Of a DNA stretch of 17,812 nt, positions 1 through 8,208 are shown in pieces. The stretch is from positions 1,982 through 19,793 of the forward strand of contig JALVPN010000025.1 of NCBI GenBank assembly GCA_027031765.1. Reading direction: 5' to 3'. The notes beneath the pieces were generated by a model that saw nothing but the letters and a program-made list of their open reading frames with translations, was not told where the DNA came from and did no database searches. Made by a program: the position numbers and the translations under genes. Within the stretch, counting starts at the first letter, position 1. Each line of letters starts with the position of its first letter. Source of the DNA: Promethearchaeota archaeon (GTDB lineage: Archaea; Asgardarchaeota; Thorarchaeia; Thorarchaeales; Thorarchaeaceae).

Positions 1-506
1 GGTTGGGGGACAATGGCGAAGAGCAGCGTCAGGGATGGGATGAACAGGACACCGTAGACGAGGAAGAGCACCTGTTGCCGGCGTGTCACCTGTGAGGCCC
101 CAGCAACGGAGGCAGCCATTGTGAATGGAACAAATACGAGGGAAAAACATGAAACGATAGTGCGGTTGCGCTCACGGTCTGCAAGGGGGAACACACCCAC
201 GAAGGCCTCATTGGTGACCAGATAGAACAGCGATACCACAATCACACCAACGGACAGGGCCATCATTGTCAGGTCGCGGAGGTGGTGTTCCTGACGGTAG
301 TGGATGGAAGAGTAGGTCGCAATGCTACCGGATGCCCATAACATCACTGCAACGAGGAGCAAGAGGGCAAGGGCGAGGTGTCCGTGGGGGAGGACCACCC
401 ACGCGATGCCAGTTATCGTGGCAGAGAACACCACAAGGATGTGCACCATAACGAGGGACACAAGCACGCGGCCCGGGTGGGCAAGGAGAGTAGAGAGAGA
501 GGACAT
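1..506 (-). CDS. Polytopic membrane protein, truncated at the window edge (N-terminal 168 codons only); function unknown
   Basis: Manual translation: ATG at 506 with an in-frame TAA at 512-510 just upstream, open to position 1. MSSLSTLLAHPGRVLVSLVMVHILVVFSATITGIAWVVLPHGHLALALLLLVAVMLWASGSIATYSSIHYRQEHHLRDLTMMALSVGVIVVSLFYLVT... has about 5 hydrophobic segments. Absent from the ORF track because it has no stop in the window. Confidence 0.75.
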   Translation of the reverse strand, partial: MSSLSTLLAHPGRVLVSLVMVHILVVFSATITGIAWVVLPHGHLALALLLLVAVMLWASGSIATYSSIHYRQEHHLRDLTMMALSVGVIVVSLFYLVTNEAFVGVFPLADRERNRTIVSCFSLVFVPFTMAASVAGASQVTRRQQVLFLVYGVLFIPSLTLLFAIVPQ

Positions 507-554
507 CAGTTACGCATCGCACCGAGACCGTGGACAGTGTTCATGGGACGCCGG

Positions 555-569
555 ACAATAAAAGATTCG
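555..569 (-). promoter_or_regulatory. Candidate archaeal BRE/TATA promoter of the membrane-protein gene
   Basis: Minus strand CGAATCTTTTATTGT, an AT island about 50 nt upstream of ATG 506. Confidence 0.45.
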
Positions 570-880
570 TGGTATCTCTGATAGCGCAAGACAGGCCCAT
601 CGTTGGCCCCGCAGGCCCATATGGCCGCAGGGACCGGTCAGAGGAGAAACGGACAGACGGACGGACGTGACCCCCGACATAACGGGCACCAGCGCACTCA
701 GGAGAGGAGAGGATTGGCGCGGCGGGGGGGGGTCAGACAGTGCCAGCTCGCACACCAGGCACCAGTCAGCGGCCCTCGCTGCCGTGGTCGCTGACAGTAA
801 GACCGTGTCATGACGGGTATGGGCGGCCATACTCAGCCCTCAGTCCCGGAGGGACGCACTACACCAAGGGTCTGGCTGGG

Positions 881-2278
881 TCACAGTACCGGCCACTGGG
901 GCCGGACATCAATGCCAGCCCGTGCGAGCAGCTGTTCGCTGTGTCTGGCTGCGCGTTCACGGATCTGCTCCTCGTCGAGCGTCAGCAGCCGCTTCCCACG
1001 CATCAGGGGCCGCCCATTCACAATCACCGTGTCAACGTAGTGGCCGCAACCGGCATAGACGAGGTTGGACACGGGGTTTGTATTGGGCATCAGGCCGGTC
1101 TGGTCCATGTCGACCAGGACCACATCAGCGAGTTTGCCGGGCTCCAGTGACCCGATGCGGTTGTCAAGACCGAGGGCCCGGGCCCCGCCAAGGGCCGCCA
1201 TTTCGAGCACGGTCTGTGCGTCCATGACGCGCGGGTCGCCTGAGACCGGCTTGTGGATGAGCGCAGCGAGTCGCATCTCGCGCACCACGTCGTAGGTATT
1301 GTTGCTCGGCCCACCATCACACCCCAGAGATACCGGGACGCCGAGCTTGAGCATCAGCGGGACCTTCGCAAAGCCGGAGGCCAGTTTCATGTTGCTGGCG
1401 GGACAGTGCGAGATATTGGTCTGGGTGTCGGCGAGGACTTGCAGCTCTGCATCTTCGAAGTGGACACCATGTGCGAAGACCATGTCCGGACCGAGGAGGC
1501 CCATTTGTTGTGCGAAACCAGTGAGTGACATGCCGTAGTTCTCCCGGACATACCTCACGTCATCGACGACTTCTCCGAGGTGCATTGTCATGCGTGTACC
1601 CCTCGACCGGGCCTCGTGGACCACTGTCCTGAACAGCTCGGGCGTGACCGCACCAAGAGAACGCAGGCCGTACCATACTTGGAGGCGTCCGTCAGCCCTG
1701 TCGTGCCACCTCCGGAACATTGTGTCGGTCTCGCGCAGGCAGGCGTCGGCGTCCTCCACCATGCCCGGGTACATGATGTCAGGACTGTCAGCATAGCCTG
1801 TTGAGTCCATTATGATCTTTGACAGTGCTGCGCGCATGCCCGCCCGTTCCGCTGCCTCTGCGATGCCGTTGAAACCGTACCGTGTGTGTACCATGCACTC
1901 GATGAACGCTGTGGTGCCAGTCCGGATCATCTCGGCCATGCACAGTTCTGCCGACGCCCGGCCATCAGCAGCAGTGAAGTTGCCCTGCAGTACCCAGACG
2001 TAGTCCTTGAGCCAGTCTACGAGGGAGACGTCGTCCGCACAGCTCCGGATCAGTGCTTGCGCCAGGTGGACATGGGCGTCGACCAGACCGGGTATGACGA
2101 GCATGTGGTGGGCATCGATAACGAGCTCTGCACCCCGGTGTACCATGTCCTGACTCCTGGCCACCTCGACAATCTCGGGCCCTTCAATGAACACCGAGCC
2201 GTCTGCAATTATTTCGCGCCTAGGGTTCATGGTCACTACGTAGCCGTTCTTGATGAGTATGGACTCGGGGGTACTCAT
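881..2278 (-). CDS. Metal-dependent amidohydrolase, deaminase type (AtzA/TrzA/SsnA/MTA-SAH deaminase family), 465 aa
   Basis: Motifs IPGLVDAHVH (HxH), MHLGE (HxxE), FAHGVH, HCPASN, LGCDGGPSNN (Asp ligand), GSLEPGKLAD. Start moved from 2401 to ATG 2278 (MSTPESILIKNGYVV), which has GAGGT upstream; the 41-aa extension in the ORF track does not look like part of the family. Confidence 0.92.
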   Translation of the reverse strand: MSTPESILIKNGYVVTMNPRREIIADGSVFIEGPEIVEVARSQDMVHRGAELVIDAHHMLVIPGLVDAHVHLAQALIRSCADDVSLVDWLKDYVWVLQGNFTAADGRASAELCMAEMIRTGTTAFIECMVHTRYGFNGIAEAAERAGMRAALSKIIMDSTGYADSPDIMYPGMVEDADACLRETDTMFRRWHDRADGRLQVWYGLRSLGAVTPELFRTVVHEARSRGTRMTMHLGEVVDDVRYVRENYGMSLTGFAQQMGLLGPDMVFAHGVHFEDAELQVLADTQTNISHCPASNMKLASGFAKVPLMLKLGVPVSLGCDGGPSNNTYDVVREMRLAALIHKPVSGDPRVMDAQTVLEMAALGGARALGLDNRIGSLEPGKLADVVLVDMDQTGLMPNTNPVSNLVYAGCGHYVDTVIVNGRPLMRGKRLLTLDEEQIRERAARHSEQLLARAGIDVRPQWPVL

Positions 2279-2328
2279 CCGCAGGTACCTCTGACAGTTG
2301 CAATGAGAGGGCACCTGCCGCAGGCGTG

Positions 2329-2342
2329 AGATAATGGTTGCG
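2329..2342 (-). promoter_or_regulatory. Weak candidate BRE/TATA for the amidohydrolase gene
   Basis: Minus strand CGCAACCATTATCT about 50 nt upstream of ATG 2278; poor TATA match. Confidence 0.3.
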
Positions 2343-2462
2343 GTACACCGGCACCCGCACCGTACACACTGACAGCCCACACCCAGTCTGGGGCAGCGCA
2401 CTGCCCGGACGCACCGGACAGGACTACACCAGGTGCTCTACCTATACAGTAGGCGACACCGT

Positions 2463-4304
2463 TCAATGGTCATCAGGTGGCGGGACAGTATTGAAGATGA
2501 GTCGGAATGTCAGACCGGACGAGGGGTCGTCACGGATACGGTGGTCAACGTGCAGGGAAACGCCGTACTTGTCAGCCAGGGTGCGGACGATGTGGAGGCC
2601 GACACCACCGAAACGGCGGCCCGTGCTGAACAGGCCCTTGAGGGCCTCACCAGACAGTCCCGGGCCGTTGTCGGAGACCGTGAGCTCGAACAGGCCATCT
2701 TTCACCACACCGTGCACCCAGACGGTGGGGTCGTCACGGGGGTTGTGACGCACCGCATTCTCAAGGATGTTCCAGAGCATCTGGCTGAGGGCGCTGTCGG
2801 CCATGACCCAGACAGTGGGTGCACCGTCATACTTGACGTCCACATCGTACATCTGTCTGATAAGCGAGACCTCGGACTCAAGGACTTCTGTGAGGTTGAC
2901 GGGCTGCATGGGAACTCCCTTGGCCTGCTCGATTGAGCGCACCTTGGCAATCAGGTCGATGCACTTCTGTGCGCCACTACGGACGTACTGCTGGGACGAA
3001 CGGATTGTCTTCTCTGGTGCGTCAGGGTCACACAGGTCGACGCCGGCCATGATGAGCTGGAGCTGGTTACCAATATCGTGTAGCAGGAGGTCCAGCAGGA
3101 ACCGCGCCTCGGCCTCGGCCTGACGGAGCTCGGACACATCTGTGAATATGGCGAAACTGCCCTTGTACCTGTGGTGTGCATCGAACAGTGGTGCTGCACT
3201 GACAACGACCGGGATGAGCCGGCCAGACCTGTGTACGAGCTGGGCGCTGTACCGTTCAGTGATCCCGGCCCTGCGGGCAGCCTGCCGTGCCTGTGACTGT
3301 TCCTCAGTGATGCCGTAGATAATCTCCGTGTCGTGTTTGCTAATCAGGTCGTCGGTAGACGAGTAGCCGAGCATGCGGACAAGGGCGTTGTTGGCATACA
3401 CGAGGGCCCCGTCCTCATCATCGATTGCCAAGCCATCGACCATGGTCTCTACGAGGGACCTGAACTTGTACTCGCTATCTTCTAGGGCACGCTTGCTCTC
3501 TACGGTCTCGGTAATGTCGAGTATCTGCGCAACACTCTTGACCTTACCATCGGAAGTGCGGAGGACTGTGCTGTGGACCTGCACGTAACGTGGCTCACCA
3601 CTACTGTGCATCACGCGGAACTCGTAGACCCGGGGCACCTCCTCACCACGCTGTCGACGCCGGTAGCGGTCTGCAACGAGGGGCACATCATCGGGGTGGA
3701 GGAACTCGCGGAAGTCGTGGCCCAGTACTTCGCGGTGCGTGCGGCCGAGGATATCACAGAAGCGGCTGTTCACGAACTCGAACCGGTAGTCATCGTCCAC
3801 GACTACTATCCCGACATGCGAGTGCTCCACAATCAGCTGGAGGATGTCCGACTTCGCACGCATGCGTTCCTCGACTACCTCACGGCGCGACATGTCCAAC
3901 AAATAGACCATGAAACCCGCCTCAGTACCATGTCCGTCGGGAATCAGCGATGCAAATGCCTCGACGGGCACCTGGACACCGTCGACACGAACAATACGGA
4001 TGGACACCGAGGAGGGGGGCAACCCATCGACGAGGCGGGCAATGCCCGTCCGGACGAAAGACAGGTGTTCTTGAGCAATCAGGCGGTCAAGGGGGACACC
4101 CTTCAGAGAATCGAAGTTGTCGGCACCCAGCAGGTCTAGGGCGGCACTGTTAGCATAGGTGAGGTTCAGGTCCGTATCAAACCCGACCACTGGAAGTGTC
4201 ATCTTGTCAACAACACTCCTTACGGCAAGAAGATTCGGGGGTTCTGGCGCCTCATGTCTATCTGTCATCTCGCTGACCCTGTGTGAGAAGTGGTACAGAT
4301 GCAC
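2463..4304 (-). CDS. Soluble sensor histidine kinase with three PAS domains (start GTG 4304 or ATG 4268)
   Basis: Three PAS-like repeats (YANSAALDLLG, FVNSRFCDILG, YANNALVRMLG) each followed by a PAC-like segment. H-box LLLHDIGNQL, N-box WNILENAVRH, G1 VSDNGPG, G2 GGVGLHIV. No hydrophobic segment and no receiver domain. Confidence 0.92.
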   Translation of the reverse strand: MHLYHFSHRVSEMTDRHEAPEPPNLLAVRSVVDKMTLPVVGFDTDLNLTYANSAALDLLGADNFDSLKGVPLDRLIAQEHLSFVRTGIARLVDGLPPSSVSIRIVRVDGVQVPVEAFASLIPDGHGTEAGFMVYLLDMSRREVVEERMRAKSDILQLIVEHSHVGIVVVDDDYRFEFVNSRFCDILGRTHREVLGHDFREFLHPDDVPLVADRYRRRQRGEEVPRVYEFRVMHSSGEPRYVQVHSTVLRTSDGKVKSVAQILDITETVESKRALEDSEYKFRSLVETMVDGLAIDDEDGALVYANNALVRMLGYSSTDDLISKHDTEIIYGITEEQSQARQAARRAGITERYSAQLVHRSGRLIPVVVSAAPLFDAHHRYKGSFAIFTDVSELRQAEAEARFLLDLLLHDIGNQLQLIMAGVDLCDPDAPEKTIRSSQQYVRSGAQKCIDLIAKVRSIEQAKGVPMQPVNLTEVLESEVSLIRQMYDVDVKYDGAPTVWVMADSALSQMLWNILENAVRHNPRDDPTVWVHGVVKDGLFELTVSDNGPGLSGEALKGLFSTGRRFGGVGLHIVRTLADKYGVSLHVDHRIRDDPSSGLTFRLIFNTVPPPDDH

Positions 4305-4333
4305 TCACACTGCCACTTGAGATTCGGTATACA

Positions 4334-4348
4334 CCTTAATATGTTTTC
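4334..4348 (-). promoter_or_regulatory. BRE/TATA promoter of the histidine kinase gene
   Basis: Minus strand GAAAAC-A-TATTAAGG, 30 nt upstream of GTG 4304. Confidence 0.6.
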
Positions 4349-4435
4349 ATAGCACCACGTATCCCAGATGCGGGTGTGTGGGCACGTCGACTGGGAGCCT
4401 GCAGTGTACCTAGGCAGTACGTATCGGCCGCGTCG

Positions 4436-4450
4436 ACAAGAGATTAAAGG
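4436..4450 (+). promoter_or_regulatory. BRE/TATA promoter of the AOR-1 operon
   Basis: ACAAG-AG-ATTAAAGG about 52 nt upstream of TTG 4503; AGGAG at 4487-4491. Confidence 0.55.
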
Positions 4451-4502
4451 GGGGTGACGTACAGACCATAGTTCTCAGCACGGACAAGGAGTTTCATACA
4501 CA

Positions 4503-4994
4503 TTGGAGCAGGTGATTGTGGTCAGGGCAGAGCTATGTACCGGTTGTCGGGACTGCGAACTGGCGTGTTCGGTCCGACAGACCGGCACATTCAACCCCAG
4601 CAGGTCGAGGGTGCAGGTCATGAAGGACGAGACCACCGGCACCGTCCTGCCAGTACTGTGCCTACAGTGCGATGTCCCACTGTGTCGTCAAGCATGTCCC
4701 GTGGGGGCACTGGTGGAGGGGCCGGGTGGCGCGCTTACCGTGAGGGAGGACAGGTGCATCGGCTGTGGCTCTTGTGTTACAGCGTGTGTATATGGTGGGA
4801 TTGAGCTGGACCCAAAGACACGGCTCGCTGTCAAGTGTGACCTGTGTGGTGACGGCCCACCGGCATGCGTGGCCGCCTGTGAGTATGGGGCCCTCGAGCT
4901 ACAGGAGCGGGACAGGGGGCTTGTCGGACGACTTGACGGCGTCCGCACGGTCATGCGGGCGTACGGTGTTGGAGAGGAGGCGGTACGCAATTGA
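4503..4994 (+). CDS. 4x[4Fe-4S] electron-transfer protein (DmsB/CooF-like; probable AOR small subunit), 163 aa
   Basis: Four Cys groups: CTGCRDCELAC, CLQCDVPLCRQACP, CIGCGSCVTAC, CDLC..CVAAC. TTG start is the first start after an in-frame TGA at 4455. Its stop overlaps the AOR-1 start (TTGA). Confidence 0.93.
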   Translation: MEQVIVVRAELCTGCRDCELACSVRQTGTFNPSRSRVQVMKDETTGTVLPVLCLQCDVPLCRQACPVGALVEGPGGALTVREDRCIGCGSCVTACVYGGIELDPKTRLAVKCDLCGDGPPACVAACEYGALELQERDRGLVGRLDGVRTVMRAYGVGEEAVRN

Positions 4995-6940
4995 CGTTCC
5001 CATACAAGGGGTATGCAGGGAGGTACGTCGAGGTAGACCTGGGCTCACAGGACGTGAGCATAAAGGAGATGCGGAAGGACTGGGCACTGTACTACCTTGG
5101 CGGGACGGGCGTTGCAGCAAGGGTGTTGTGGGACAGGACGGGCCCCGACACTGCACCGCTCTCGCCTGACAGCGTGCTGGTCGTTGGGACAGGACCGCTC
5201 ACCGGGGTGATGTTCTCACCAGCAGGCCGGATGATGTTCGCTGCGAGGAGCCCGCTCACCGGGGTGTGGGGCGAGAGCCATGTCGGTGGGTTCTTTGGCC
5301 CCGAGATGAAGTTTGCCGGTTTCGACATGGTCGTGATAACCGGCCGGGCGGAGCACCCGGTCTACCTCCTGTTGCGGGACGGACACGCTGAGCTCCGTGA
5401 TGCCCGGCACCTGTGGGGCCGTGAGACCGACACGGTGACGTACATGCTCAGGGAGGAGCTCGGTGACCCGACCGTTGAGACCGCCGTGATTGGGCCTGCC
5501 GGGGAGAACCTTGTGGCATACGGTGCTGTGATAGTGGACATGTACCGTGCGGCAGGCCGCACCGGGATGGGCACGGTAATGGGCTCCAAGAACCTGAAGG
5601 CGGTGGTGGCCAGTGGCAGCCTGGGCCTTGAGGCACATGACATGGACGCTTACCTCAGGGCGAATGAGGTGGAGCTGCAGAGGCTCCGGGACCCACTGTG
5701 GGAGGCGTCCCTGGGCTCGCTCCGCAAGTACGGCACTACCGACCTCGTGGCGATAATCAATGAGATTGGACGGCTGCCGACGAAGAACCACTGGACCGGT
5801 TACTTTGAACGTGCCGACGAGATAGGGCCCGAGGCGATAGCGGAGAGGTACCGGCTGGCACAGGAGGCCTGTTTTGGCTGTCTGATAGGGTGCAAGTACG
5901 TGTACCGTATTGATAGTGGACGGTACCGCAGTGGGCCTGCTGGCGGGCCGGAGTACGAGACCCTGATGGCCTTTGGGTCGAACTGTCTGAACGCAGACCT
6001 CGAGTCCGTGATCTATCTGGGCCACAGGTGCGACCTGCTGGGGATGGACACCATTTCGTGTGGCAAGACAATCGGGTTCGCGATGGAGCTCTGGGAGAAG
6101 GGACTCCTGACGGCGGAGGACACCGGGGGCCTCGACCTCTCGTGGGGCAACACGGAGACGATGGCGGAACTTGTGGAACTGATTGCAAGGCGTGAGGGTA
6201 TTGGCGACCTGCTCGCGCGTGGTGTGAGGGAGGCTGCCGAGACTGTTGGTGGTGATGCGTGGAAGTACGCAGTCCACGTCAAGGGCCTTGAGGCATCCGG
6301 GCAGGACCCCAGGGCCCACCAGTCGATTGGACTCACCTATGCCACCAATGTCCGCGGTGCTGACCACCTGCGCAGTCTGTCAAGCCTTGAGGAGCTCGGG
6401 TACCCGGAGATTGTCATCCAGCGCTTCGGCAAGGAGAAGGCGGACGGGATCCTCGACATCATGTCACCACTGTACAAGGGCGAGCTGATAAAGGACGTTG
6501 AAGACCTGTACGCGCTCGTGGACTCGGCGGTGATATGCAAGTATGGTACCATGTGGCCGCCCGTATACTACTTCGACACGTTCACCAACATCATCCCGCC
6601 ACTGACCGGTATGACGGAGTGGGGCGACATGGCCTTCGTCCGCAGCGCTGCAGAGAGGACCTGTCACCTGCGACGCGCATACAACCACAGGCTGGGCCTG
6701 ACACGGGAGCACGAGACCCTGCCGAAGAGGCTGTTGGAGGAGCCAATGCCCACCGGGCCGGCCAAGGGTGGCCTGCCAGACCTCGACGTGATGCTTGACG
6801 AGTACTACCAGTACAGGGGTTGCGACAGGACGACAGGCCTCCCACTCCGCGGCACACTGGAACGGCTCGGCCTCTCAGACATTGCTGACGACCTTGAGAG
6901 GAGGGGCGTGCTCGCAGGCGGGCCGTCAGATACCTCATGA
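4991..6940 (+). CDS. aor: Tungstopterin aldehyde:ferredoxin oxidoreductase family protein (AOR-1), 649 aa
   Basis: RSPLTGVWGESHVGG, GRTGMGTVMGSKNLKAV, Fe-S motif CFGCLIGC plus distal Cys (VICKYG), GPEYET, CDLLGMDTIS, DPR, RGADH. Substrate not assignable. Confidence 0.95.
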   Translation: MTFPYKGYAGRYVEVDLGSQDVSIKEMRKDWALYYLGGTGVAARVLWDRTGPDTAPLSPDSVLVVGTGPLTGVMFSPAGRMMFAARSPLTGVWGESHVGGFFGPEMKFAGFDMVVITGRAEHPVYLLLRDGHAELRDARHLWGRETDTVTYMLREELGDPTVETAVIGPAGENLVAYGAVIVDMYRAAGRTGMGTVMGSKNLKAVVASGSLGLEAHDMDAYLRANEVELQRLRDPLWEASLGSLRKYGTTDLVAIINEIGRLPTKNHWTGYFERADEIGPEAIAERYRLAQEACFGCLIGCKYVYRIDSGRYRSGPAGGPEYETLMAFGSNCLNADLESVIYLGHRCDLLGMDTISCGKTIGFAMELWEKGLLTAEDTGGLDLSWGNTETMAELVELIARREGIGDLLARGVREAAETVGGDAWKYAVHVKGLEASGQDPRAHQSIGLTYATNVRGADHLRSLSSLEELGYPEIVIQRFGKEKADGILDIMSPLYKGELIKDVEDLYALVDSAVICKYGTMWPPVYYFDTFTNIIPPLTGMTEWGDMAFVRSAAERTCHLRRAYNHRLGLTREHETLPKRLLEEPMPTGPAKGGLPDLDVMLDEYYQYRGCDRTTGLPLRGTLERLGLSDIADDLERRGVLAGGPSDTS

Positions 6941-6950
6941 GGGGGGCACC

Positions 6951-8069
6951 GTGGCAGACCTCAGCGTTACCGTTGCTGGCCTGACGTTCAGGAACCCCGT
7001 GCTCACGGCGGCCGGCCCCACTTCAAGGGACGGCGCGACACTCATGAGGGCGGCCGCTGGGGGCGCTGGCGGTCTCGTCACCAAGACCGTGAGCACCCGG
7101 CCTGCAGAGGTACCAAGACCGAACATGGCGGCCCTTGAGCCCGGTGCGGGGGGCCTCAGGAAGGGGCTGCTCAACGCAGAGCTGTGGAGCGAGCTCCCTG
7201 TGGAGAGGTGGCTGGAGTCCGAGTATAGGGCGGCCCTGAGCACCGGGCTGACCGTAGTCGCGAGCATCGGGTACACCCCCGAAGAGGTCACAGCGCTCGC
7301 GCCCAGGGTGGTGGAGACCGGCGTCCATGCACTTGAGTTCAGCACGCACTATGTGGGCGGACATGCTGAGATAGCACGGGCACTCAGGGACGCCGTGGAT
7401 GTGCCCATCTTTGCAAAGCTCAGTCCGCATGTGGACGTCGTTGCCACTGCGCGTGCGGTGGAGGAGTATGTGGACGGCATCGTTGCGGTCAACACCTACG
7501 GGCCATGTCTTAGGATTGACATCGAGACGGCAACGCCAGTCCTCGGTGGGCCGGGGGGGCGCGGGTGGATGAGCGGGTCCGCACTACGACCAATCGCGCT
7601 CAGGTGTGTGGCTGACATAGCGCTGGCTGTGGACATCCCGGTGGTCGGTGTGGGCGGTGTCACCACTGGTGAGGATGCCATCGAGTTCTTCATGGCTGGT
7701 GCGTCAGCAGTACAGGTGTGTACGGCAGCGGTCACGTACGGGGACGGGGTCTACGGCCGCATTGCACAGCAGATCAGTGACTGGCTCGACAGTCACGGCT
7801 ACGACTCTGTTGACGACATCCGCGGGGCAGCACTGGAACACCTCGACCGTGGTGTGACGCTCAGCCCGCCACCAAGGGTGGACATGGAGCTGTGCACTCT
7901 GTGCGGTCTGTGTGCTAGGACATGTGTGTACGGCGCCGTCCTCGTCGACAGGGAGGCGCACGAGCTGCGCATAGACCCCGGGCGCTGTCAGGCATGTGGC
8001 ATGTGCATATCGGTCTGTCCCCACAGGGCACTGGGTGGCGTCACCATGGCCACACATGAGGACAGGTGA
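6951..8069 (+). CDS. PreA/dihydropyrimidine dehydrogenase- or DHODH-like FMN TIM barrel with a C-terminal 2x[4Fe-4S] domain and an atypical active-site loop, 372 aa
   Basis: FRNPVLTAAGP, GGLVTKT, LNAEL, FAKLSP, DGIVAVNT, MSGSALRPIALR, GVGGVTTGEDAIEFFMAGASAVQV; C-terminal CTLCGLCARTC and CQACGMCISVCP. Start set at GTG 6951, after GAGGGGGG and 10 nt past the AOR-1 stop. Confidence 0.88.
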   Translation: MADLSVTVAGLTFRNPVLTAAGPTSRDGATLMRAAAGGAGGLVTKTVSTRPAEVPRPNMAALEPGAGGLRKGLLNAELWSELPVERWLESEYRAALSTGLTVVASIGYTPEEVTALAPRVVETGVHALEFSTHYVGGHAEIARALRDAVDVPIFAKLSPHVDVVATARAVEEYVDGIVAVNTYGPCLRIDIETATPVLGGPGGRGWMSGSALRPIALRCVADIALAVDIPVVGVGGVTTGEDAIEFFMAGASAVQVCTAAVTYGDGVYGRIAQQISDWLDSHGYDSVDDIRGAALEHLDRGVTLSPPPRVDMELCTLCGLCARTCVYGAVLVDREAHELRIDPGRCQACGMCISVCPHRALGGVTMATHEDR

Positions 8070-8208
8070 CCAGCACCGGGTACCGACCGTACCGGCAGGA
8101 CACAGGGCAGCAGGCCATCAGGTTGGTTGTACAGACGCGGCAGCCCACTCTGGGTCCATGTGCGGCCTGCTATCTGTCGGTGTGTCCGTGGGCACCTGTG
8201 GCGGGCCC

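Noticed and set aside
510-830. 106-aa minus-strand ORF, or a tRNA/SRP/riboswitch, in the first intergenic gap
   Set aside because: The ORF crosses simple repeats and the downstream promoter, and I could not build a cloverleaf or find a riboswitch consensus.
6116-6151. 36-bp near-identical segment shared with 17231-17266, a possible gene conversion or repeat
   Set aside because: 33 of 36 bases match and all three differences are synonymous third positions. This fits protein-level conservation (EDTGGLDLSWGN) under a shared codon bias.
5216-6367. 383-aa minus-strand ORF
   Set aside because: It lies antisense to AOR-1 and has no recognisable motifs; a typical shadow ORF in GC-rich DNA. The same applies to 11510-12334, 9701-10327, 10404-11045 and the other overlapping ORFs in the track.
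6795-6950. 52-aa N-terminal extension of the PreA-like ORF
   Set aside because: It overlaps the AOR-1 coding end; family similarity begins at GTG 6951, which has a purine-rich RBS.
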